Part shown: piece after piece, positions 54,150-64,000 of the stretch | How the letters are laid out: each line of letters starts with the position of its first letter | How positions within the stretch are numbered: position 1 is the stretch's first letter | Assembly: GCF_006345805.1 (NCBI RefSeq) | Contig: NC_043004.1 | Coordinates: 43,524,001-43,588,000, forward strand | Length of the DNA: 64,000 bases | DNA from: Octopus sinensis | Taxonomy: Eukaryota | Direction of reading: 5' to 3' | Translations under genes and position numbers: made by a program | The notes under the pieces: generated by a model | The model's input: only the letters and a program-made list of their open reading frames with translations | What the model was told of the DNA's origin: nothing | Database searches by the model: none

Positions 54150-54560
54150 TAAGTTATAACATGTTCTCTTGACAACTTGACAACGTGATGGTGTGATCAA
54201 CTACCAGCAGAACTAAAGTGTTTAGCCCGAAACAAAATTCAGCTGACATTATTGCTAAAGCGGGGGGCGAAAATCCGGCTTTATACGCAAAGAAAAGTGG
54301 GCGGTTTAGTTTAAGAGTGGAAGGAAGTAGTCTTGAGGTGCCCTAAGGTCTGGACGTCCTACAACTGCCATGAACAAGGAATATCTTGATCTTGTTCACC
54401 ACATGTTGATGGATTACAGGCGACTGACTATAAAAGAAGTGATCTATATGCCAATGTTATCAGCTTACCAAGTGACAGAGTTGAGAATATCCTGCATAAT
54501 GAATGTAATATGATGAATGTTTCTGCTCGTTGTGTTCCACGTCTTCTGGCATATGATGAT
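54150..54560 (+). pseudogene. Mariner transposase N-terminal (HTH/linker) relic
   Basis: KW..FKSGR..RSGRPTT..DYRRLTIKE..VENILHNE..VSARCVPRLL (mariner WVPxxL motif); stops and frameshifts. Confidence 0.75.
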
Positions 54561-54713
54561 TTGGCCTTCTCTGACTAATCTGTACCCCCAAAACGAAAGA
54601 AAAAAACACTCGGCCGAAAACAAGCATCGCAGTGAATATGACGTCACATCTGTTGTTTATAAACATTTTCACTAACATGATGAAAGTTCCTTCCACAATG
54701 GGGGTCTATGAAT

Positions 54714-54758
<45 letters not shown>

Positions 54759-54761
54759 TAT

Positions 54762-54796
<35 letters not shown>

Positions 54797-56688
54797 ATGC
54801 GCGCGCGTGTATGCATGTACACATATATATATGTATATAGATAGAAACAGACAGACTGAAATACTGAGGAATTGCAAGTCTCTTGTAACTCTAAGCATAG
54901 GCACTGGGAATTTACACTTCTGGTATTCCTGAGCAATGCTTTTCGGATATAAATCTCTTATATGTCAACATTTGAGGCACTTTCATTTTTGCAAAGACCG
55001 TATCTTCGAGGAAGACATGTATGTTCAGGGACTAATCTGTGTTTGTACAGGATCAATACAGGTTCGATTCGAATTTTGGTATCTTCTCTCAATCTTTCAC
55101 CAAACTCTTACATCCGAAGACCTGAAATATTCAAGTGAGAAATGGAGATGTGTTAATTTTAAAATGACGTCCCTAAACCTTTTAATCAACAAATATACGC
55201 TACTTCCATTTACAGAAGAATCGAAAACACTATTGTAATTCATTAAAATACAAATAGGACACGTATTAATAAGAAAGCATCAACAAAGGCCCCATATGTA
55301 TATAACACAACTGAGAAAGCCTCTATCTATATGTGCTTCTGTGTGCACGTTTTTTTTTATATTTGGAAGTGTGTGTATATTTTGAATCTATATATTCATG
55401 TATATAATTCAATATAACATCTTTTATTTTCACCACTCCTATGCCCATATATAACTAGAAAAGTATAAATTTGTCTGAATTATATAGTTATAAATTTATG
55501 CATATATCTGTATTGAAGTAGAACTTTTCGATAGTTTCGTTACAAGTTTTTTTATTAAGTTACATATTCCGGAAAAGGGCCAACCTAAACATTGTGTTAA
55601 TGAGCGGTTTATACTATTCATTGATTTGCCAAGTAAATTTCTATAGAATAACTTAAAAGAAACGTGTCTGTGATTTATCTATGGTTATTTATTGGAAGAC
55701 ATAAAAAACTGATATGATATTTGAAGATCAAAGGAATAAGAGTTGGCAAGTGATCTGGATGTGTAATCTTTAAAAAATTACGTGTTCAGCATTTTGTTTC
55801 GATTTTCTAATAAATATTTGTTTATCGCTTCTATGAAATACAAACCAAGACCTGCTATTTCAAATTGAAAAGTTTTACTTGTGATAATTATGGCTTAGAT
55901 CTAACTTCTTCTTTTTTTTTGTTATAAAAAAAGCCCGTTAAGTTAACGATCGATTTCATATGATATCGCAGTTCCAAAACCTATATTTTACCATTCACAC
56001 TACCTTAATATCGATATTATCTACCGGGTGAAAAAGAACTCTCCTCTCTACAGTTCAGCTGTGAAACATTTAAAAAAAAACACCGAATTTATTTAGCTTT
56101 GAAGAGTAATAATAATTAATTGCTTCTAAAAAGAAGTTTTAGCCATGGGCATATTACTATACATTAGTAGCAGGGGTTGATTTGTCGGTAATTGTCAGTG
56201 CATCGGACAACATGTTCAGCGTTTTTTTTTCCGGCTTTTTATGAACTGAGTTCATATATTGTTGAAGTCAGTATATTCTTTCATAATTTCTGGGTCGATA
56301 AAATAAAATATCTTCCAAGTACTGGGGTTGATGTAATTTTTTTTTTCACATTTTTTCTCAGTTTTCAGTTCGAAATCAGAGGCCAGCAAGCTACGTACCT
56401 CTCAAACTCTGGTTGGATGCTCTGAATTTTTTTACTCTAGAAAGCTTTCTACCATTAGCACAAGGCCTGGAAATTTGAGGGAGAGGGCTAATCGTTTACA
56501 TCGAACCCATTACTCAGCTGGTACTTACTTTATCGACCTCGAAAGGATGAATGAATTCCAAATCAATCAATCTATTTTACATGATAATATTTTGCGACTG
56601 ATAATCAAACACAAGAGAGAATGATATTCACTTGGACATTATGCCACATACTAAGGTTGAAAGTATTACTAAAGAATTAGATATGAAA

Positions 56689-56830
56689 ATGAGCCGGTAG
56701 AATCGTTAACATGCAGGACAAAATGCTAAACGGCATTTCGTCTGTTTTTACGTTCTGATTTCAAATTCCGCCACGATCGATGTTGTCTCTCATCCTTTCG
56801 GGGTCGATAAAATAAGTTTGAATTGCGTAC
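56689..56830 (+). mobile_element. SINE family C, decayed (further fragments at 56170-56340 and 56480-56552)
   Basis: ttcaaattccgcc..tcatcctttcggggtcgataaaataagt. Confidence 0.7.
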
Positions 56831-58047
56831 TTGAGTACACATAATTGAATTGTTTCCATTTCTTGAAATTGCTAGCCTTGGGCAGAATTTCAATCCATTA
56901 TTAATGAATTTTGCTTTAAAATATATTTTCTCTCACAGATAGAAATTCTTGTATAGATGGTAGAATTTTATGTATGGTTAATAAGCACAGGATTTTAAAA
57001 TGTTTTTTGCGAAATCTTGAGTTGAAGCATGCTGCATAGACTGCAGGTATCCCCATATGACTTTGAACAAATTGGTGAGAACTGTGTCAGAAGGCGTTAC
57101 CTTTGTAATACCACCATCAATATCGAAGCAAAGGTGTTTTACTTTTGTCATAATGGGGAATATGATGGCACTGACATGTTTTTAATGTAGCGAAGCAGAA
57201 AACGTGATGGATGTCAATAGGTTTTCCTTCCTAACAAAATTGATTTTCACACTTTGAGAATTTTGTGTTACTTGTGGCAAGGAAGAAGGTTCCCGAATAT
57301 TCCATTGATGTGAGGAAGCTTATATTTTATCAGCATTATTAGTATTATTAAAATAGTACTTTGTTGAAAAATGTATTCTCACATTGTGTTAAGGAACATC
57401 TCGCAGCAATGGTCTTGTTTCATTGAGAAACCTGAAGATGTTCTCTCCTAATTATAAGATGGTACATGTTTGGTTCTTATTTATACTGAACACTTTATGC
57501 AGAGTGTGAATTTGAAAAATATGTGTCCTGATATGAATATTCGGTTCAATGACTTGCAATAGATAAAAATTAAGTGTGATCATGGATCCATTAGACGCTA
57601 AAGTGACTGCTTCATCGTGCTAGAAGTATGCTAAGATAGTGTTCAAAAATGTCAATGCTGATTCAGAATGACTAAAGCAAGAATAATGAAATTCCTAAAA
57701 AGCCCCCATTTCTCACGATGAGATTAAAGTTGCATGTTATTACTTTTCAAAAAAAAAAGAAAGAAAAGAAACTAATATTTATGTGTTTGATTACAGGTGT
57801 CTGACGCACCTTCTGTAAAAAGCTTGCAACGCATTCGATATCGTAAAAGATGTAATTGTTGCTTTCTACTAAAACATATTCCTGTACCCAGTTATAAAGA
57901 AAGATGGGAGTTCCCATCTACCAAATGATTCATATGGAATAATGGAATAATCATGAAAATAATTGTCTTACAATATATTCTATTTTCTCACTGTTTGTTT
58001 TTCAATCAACTGTTTTTTTTTTCTCTCAAAGATAATACTACTAATAA

Positions 58048-58440
58048 ACTTAGATACGTTTCGACCAAAGATTAGTCCAGGCCATGTCTAACTTAATAGC
58101 ACCACCTGATAGGATTATCTAAATCCTGTTTAAGTCAAGTTTTGTTTATGGTTCATTCAAGTAGTTAGTTTTTGTTGGGTGAGTTGTATCCAATTATGGG
58201 TGGCTTATCTGGTATTCCTTGAAGGAATCTATCCAGACTCCGTTTAAAGTTGATGGGATCCTTTTCCTCTTTGATCTCTTCCGGGACAATGTTAAATAGG
58301 GCAGGGCCTGTTGAGGAAAAGAAATTATGTTGCAGTGTACATATATGCTGTGATCCTGAATTGGGCAGGGGACGTGTGGCCCGTGGACCCAGTCTTGGAT
58401 GAACCTTGAAGCTAATTTTCAGGGCGTTTGAGCAATACTG
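58048..58440 (-). mobile_element. 3' fragment of a LINE related to 33934-35897
   Basis: Translates as FKVHPRLGPRA..HNFFSSTGPALFNIVP..FKRSLDRFLQ; shares the 3'-UTR block ctaacttaatagcaccacctg. Confidence 0.85.
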
Positions 58441-58794
58441 AGTACATATTTATGAGATATTTTTGTGTTCATAAATAATCATTTCGGTAAATACAATTTG
58501 AATATTTACAACATAAGCATGCATATTATTTTCATTTTCTCGGAATGCACTTCATTTATCATAATCTTCATTCTATATCTGTATATTTCACCAGAATACA
58601 TTGGGAGAATAACTACTCATATATATACAGATGCTTCAGGTAGTATGTTAGAAGAAATGTTTGAGCGTTCGGTACTATGTCTTGAAATATATTTTGTTGC
58701 TAATTGAGGTAGGATTTCAAGTGAAATCTATGTCCACTTTCCCGTTCATCCTGTCGGAATCGACAAATAATATCCCAATTCAACACAAGTAGCG

Positions 58795-58923
58795 CTTTCT
58801 TCTTCTTCTTTTTCTTTTCTTCTTCTTATTTATTTTCTTTTTCTTCTTCTGTTTCTTCTTCTTCTTCTTCTTCTTCTTCTTCTTCTTCTTCTTCTTCTCC
58901 TCCTCCTTCTTCTTTTCGTCTTC

Positions 58924-58955
<32 letters not shown>

Positions 58956-59117
58956 CTTCTTCTTCTTCTTCGCCTCCTTCTTTTTTCTTCTTCTTCTTAT
59001 CCTCCTCCTCCTTCTTCTTTTTTCTTCTCCTCCTCCCCCTCCCCCTCCCATTCTTCTTCTTCTTCTTCTTCTCCTCCTTCTTCATTCCTTCTTCTTCCTT
59101 CCTTCTTTTTCTTCTTC
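58795..59117. repeat. (TTC)n/(TCC)n polypyrimidine tract
   Basis: Direct reading. Confidence 0.95.
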
Positions 59118-59552
59118 ACAATTTGTCTCGTACAGATTTCCTATGTACTGTCAGTGTTATAGAAGAATCCCGAACAAACGCGCGTGAATGAAGCTGGATT
59201 TACCGATTACATTAAATAAGAACTGAATGATGTGTCCGGAGGTGGAGAGTTGGCCGTGTCGGTTAGCTATGTTAGTTTCGACGTCTATTAGTCTGTAGCT
59301 GAACAATGAATACTGAGTTTCGAACCATTTCCAAGTTGGTACAAAGCAAATATATATCATACAAACTGATTCGGTGTCTAATTAATTCCAAAAGCTCTTT
59401 TTGAAATAAAAGTTAGATTCTTCGTCAGGAATTACATATTGGTATGAATACTTACGACCGACCAAAGAAAATAAAAACATCTTTTATAACCTAAACACGA
59501 ACAAACAATCAATTACTTGTAGAAAGGAAATAACCAGAATGCCAGACAGAAT

Positions 59553-59857
59553 ATCACGTGATCACGTGACTGACCAGGCTCTCAGATGTTGCTAGACATC
59601 GCTGGTCCCAATGCGCTTCGCATTGTTTTAGCCTCCAAATGACGCCACCCCGCTGGCTAAGCGAGCAGGCCAACAGAAGAAAGTGCGAGAGAAAGTTGTG
59701 GCGAAAGAGTACAGCAGGGATCGCCACCATCCCCTGTCGGAGCCTCGTGGAGCTTTGGGTGTTTTCGCTCAATAAACACTCACAACACTCTGGGAATCGA
59801 AACCGCGATCCTACGATCGCGAGTCCGCTTCCCTGACCACTGGGTTATTGCGCCTCC
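59553..59857 (-). mobile_element. tRNA-derived SINE family A (TCACGTGATCAC tail), full length
   Basis: Head ggaggcgcaataacccagtggtcaggg..GTTTCGATTCC; body shared with the 7947 and 8312 copies. Confidence 0.85.
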
Positions 59858-60091
59858 GAATAAAATGGATTGATAGCAACATTTTCCCTTTATGGCAAAA
59901 TATGCACCTAATTCAATAAAATTATGAAGTTTGCTCTAATTACTATACATAAAATGTAAGATATTTTGTTGGTGTTTTGTAGATTAGGTAGGCATAATTC
60001 GTATCTGCCATTCATATGCAGCATTTCGCTAATTTTTTGTGTGTTTTAGTACCTAAAGCTCACCAACTGCCTACCCCGTAAAATTACTGAC

Positions 60092-60437
60092 GGCGCGTGC
60101 CTGCATGGCTCAGTGGTTAGAGCGTCGAGCTTACGATCGTGAGGTTGTGAGCTCGAATCCCGGACCGGGCTGCGTGTTGTGTTCTTGAGCAAGGCACTTT
60201 ATTTCACGTTGCTCCAGTTCACTCAACTGTAGAAATGAGTTGCGACATCACAGGTGCCAAGCTGTATCGGCCTTTGTCTTTCCCTTGGATAACACTGGTG
60301 GCGTCGAGAGGGGAGGCTGGTATGCATGGGCGACTGCTGGTCTTCCATAAACAACCTTGCCCGGACTTGTGTCTAGGAGGGTAACTTTCTAGGTGCAATC
60401 CCATGGTCATTCATGACCGAAGGGGGTCTTTACCTTT
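60092..60437 (+). mobile_element. tRNA-derived SINE family D, full length
   Basis: A box TGGCTCAGTGG, B box GCTCGAATCC, (ccttta) tail into (TA)n. Confidence 0.85.
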
Positions 60438-60551
60438 ATATATATATATATATATATAAAATATTATTAGAGACAAAACCACTATTTTGCAAAACAAACA
60501 AGGAAAGACTTAATCAATAACTAACATTTTAATAAATAGTCAAAAAAACCG

Positions 60552-60594
60552 CCACTACAATCGTTTCTTGTCTTGATCGACAATCTTCAGGTGG
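60552..60594 (-). ncRNA. Type-I hammerhead ribozyme
   Basis: ccac-CTGAAGA-ttgtc-gatcaa-gacaa-GAAA-cgattg-TA-gtgg; all stems and core intact. Confidence 0.85.
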
Positions 60595-61069
60595 ACTTCC
60601 AATCTAAAAATTCAACATTTTAAAATATAAAAATAATAATTTTAAAATAATTAAAGTATGAATGAAAAAATATAAGTATATAATCCATATATAACCTATA
60701 TATAATCCATATATATAATCAATATATAAACAATATATAAACTAAAAAAAACCTATCAACAATTAAATATAAACTATAAAATATAAAATATAAAATATAA
60801 AACAAAACAAAAAATAAAAAAATAATATAATATAATAATAAACTATATATACACCCATACACATATACCTAATTATATATAACCATATCTAACTACATAC
60901 ACTAAATCACACACCTATATATATATCCCTATACATACACATAAAAACGTCTAGGCAACTATAAATAAATAAAATAGCTAAATACTTCAACACAATACTT
61001 ATTCATACTCCCACACACACACACATACAACCCACATTCACGCTCTAGAAAACGGACATCACTCAAAAC

Positions 61070-63825
61070 TATGAACTGAAAAATGGAATAAATGGAATTA
61101 AAAATTATATTCACTTGGTAAAAACGAACACTACTTAAAAATTATGAATGAAACAATGCAATAAAACAACATACATCGCAAATAGACACAAATTACTACG
61201 AATTCCTTAACAAACCTATCATGATAAACCAAAAACTCATAAAAACATATAATGATAAAATCTCCCTTTACTAAACTCTATAACAAACCTATATAGCAAT
61301 CCCCCTAACCTAAACATTTCACACAAATACACACACGTAAACCACACACCCACGACATATACAAATACCCACACCACTTACACATACCAATACATACATA
61401 TAAACCTCAACATATACTCCAAAAACCCACTCAACCCCACACAGACAAATAAACACAAAAATTATGAATGGATTCTTTTATAAAACTACCATGATAAGCT
61501 AAAACTCACAAAACAGAAGTGATAAAACCTCCCTTTACTAAACACTATAACATACTTATATAGCAATCCCTTTAACCTATACATTCACACACAAAAACAC
61601 ACACGTAAACAACACACCCATAACAAATACAAAAACACCCACCCCACTCACAACACACCCACAAGTACATATAAGCCTCAACATATACACCAAACAAAAT
61701 TACTTTACCAAGGAACTTAACATATGTATAAAAAGTATAACCGCTCTGAAACGAACATCTCTAAATTAATGAATGGAGAAATGGAATAAATGGAATTAAA
61801 AATAATATTCACTTGGCAAAACGAACACCACTCAAAAATTATGAATGAAACAATGTAATAAAACAACCAACATCGAAAATAGACAAATTACCACGAATTC
61901 CCTAAAAAAACCATGATAAACAAAAACTCCTAAAACATATAACGATAAATCTCCCTTTGCTAAACTCTATAACAAACCTATATAATAATCCCCCTAACCT
62001 AAACATTCACACACAAATACACACACGTAAACCACAGACCCACGACTTATACACATACCTATACTAACTTATAAACCTCAATATACACCAAAACCCACTC
62101 ACTCCCCACACAGACAAATTAACACATACATCCCAAAACCTAAAAAACAAACCATATACACATTCACACACAAACACACACACACGCAAAACACACACAC
62201 ACAACGGATACATATACTCCCTCACATATACGCATATACATACTCACTAAACTCGATATATACAACAAATTTACACACCCACACTCATACAGATAAAAAA
62301 ATTATACAACTAAAAACTCACACACAAACTCATATACATAAACACTCCTATGAAAACAACATTAAATACATCGTAATTAACCAGAATATCAAAAATAACA
62401 ATATGACATAAGGATAAATAAAAGACATACTTACAAGTCAGTTTCAAATTATGAAGTGAAATTAGATTCTTAGCCGTTAAAAAAATCAAACCAAAATTAC
62501 GTTACCATAGAAATAACTTATGTAAAAAAAGAATACGCCCCATGGAAAGTAAACGTCATTTAAATTATGAATGGAGAAAAAGAATAAATGGAACTAAAAA
62601 CTATATCCACGTGGCAAACCAACACTACTTAAAAAAATTTTATTATGAATGGATTCTTTAAAAAACTACCATGAAAAATCATTATATACATTATGAGCTT
62701 TAGCACCTTAGCAGCTCTAACAAACAACTTGCAGTAACCCAAACCCATTCTCTATGCCTACCTCACTACTACACTATTCCATTCACAATTCCAAGCAACG
62801 CTAGTCCACCACCGGTTATTCACGTGGCAAAACGAACACCACTCAAAAATTATGAATGAAAAAATGTAATAAAACAACCAACATCGAAAATAGACAAATA
62901 CCACGAATTCCCTAAAAAAACCATGATAAACCAAAACTCATAAAAACATATAACGATAAAATCTCCCTTTGCTAAACTCTATAACAAACCTATATAGCAA
63001 TCCCCCTAACCTAAACATTCACACACAAATACACACACGTAAACCACAGACCACGACTTATACACATACCTATACTAACTTATGAACCTCAATATACACC
63101 AAAACCCACTCCCTCCCCACACAGACAATTAACACATACATCCCAAAACCTAAATAACAAACCCATATACACATTCACACAACAAACACACACACCGCAA
63201 AACACACACACACAACAGATACATATACTCCCTCACATATACGCATATACATACTCACTAAACTCGATATATACAACAATATTTACACACCCACACTCAT
63301 ACAGATAAATAAATTATACAACTAAAAACTCACACACAATCTCATATACATAACCACTCCTATGAGAACAACATTAAATACATCGTAATTAACCAAAATA
63401 TCAAAAATAACAATATGATATAAGGATAAATAAAATACATACAAGTCAGTTTCAAATTATGAAGTGAAATTAAATTCTTAGCCGTTAAAAAAACCAAACC
63501 AAAATTACGTTACCATAGAAATAACTTATGAAAAAAAAGATACGCGCCATAGAAAGTAAACGTCATTTAAATTATGAATGGAGAAATAGAATAAATGGAA
63601 CTAAAAACTATATCCACGTAGCAAACCAACACTACTTAAAAAAATTTATTATGAATGGATTCTTAAAAACTACCATGAAAAATCATTATATACATTTATG
63701 AGCTTTAGCTTACCTTAGCAGCTCTAACAAACAACTTGCAGTAACCCAAACCTATTCTCGATGCCTACCTCACTACCACACTAATCCATTCACAATTCAA
63801 GCAACGCTAGTCCACCACCCGGTTA
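61070..63825. repeat. C/A-rich higher-order tandem array (period ~1011 bp)
   Basis: 61810-62820 is repeated at 62821-63825; diverged partial copies at ~61076-61460 and ~61460-61690. Confidence 0.9.
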
Positions 63826-64000
63826 CAATTCCCAACTCCACCCATTCATTCACAATTTCAACGACATTCGCCTCCACAGCGCTACATATAAGCCTCAACA
63901 TATACACCGGAGATACACTTACACATCCGTGCGGATGGGTGAGAGTATACATTGAGTGTAGTGATGGGGCTCCCATTACTATACACATTTGTACCTGTGT

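Noticed and set aside
60101-60170. tRNA gene (also other A/B-box heads)
   Set aside because: No complete cloverleaf; the sequence continues into multi-copy SINE bodies
61070-63825. CRISPR-like reading of the recurring ATTATGAATG motif
   Set aside because: Spacing is irregular, the intervening sequence is itself repeated, the context is eukaryotic, and there are no cas genes

Overview
AT-rich, repeat-dense eukaryotic DNA, intronic or intergenic. The SINE families and extreme (TA)n content suggest a coleoid cephalopod such as Octopus; this is an inference. I found no host gene I can support, and most ORF-track entries are microsatellite translations. The window holds: two Penelope-like element (PLE) relics with RT and/or GIY-YIG sequence; a 5'-truncated CR1/L2-type LINE plus a second 3' fragment; two mariner transposase relics; tandem zinc-knuckle ORF1/gag-like relics; a non-autonomous Helitron; hAT-like and Merlin-like MITEs with 8-bp TSDs; many tRNA-derived SINEs from about four families; and a ~3.3 kb C/A-rich higher-order tandem array. 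The main finding is about 15 intact or decayed type-I hammerhead ribozyme (HHR) motifs from several unrelated sequence families. They sit in (TA)n-anchored, often inverted-repeat, mostly non-coding PLE-like units, and one has a compensatory U3-A8 core.
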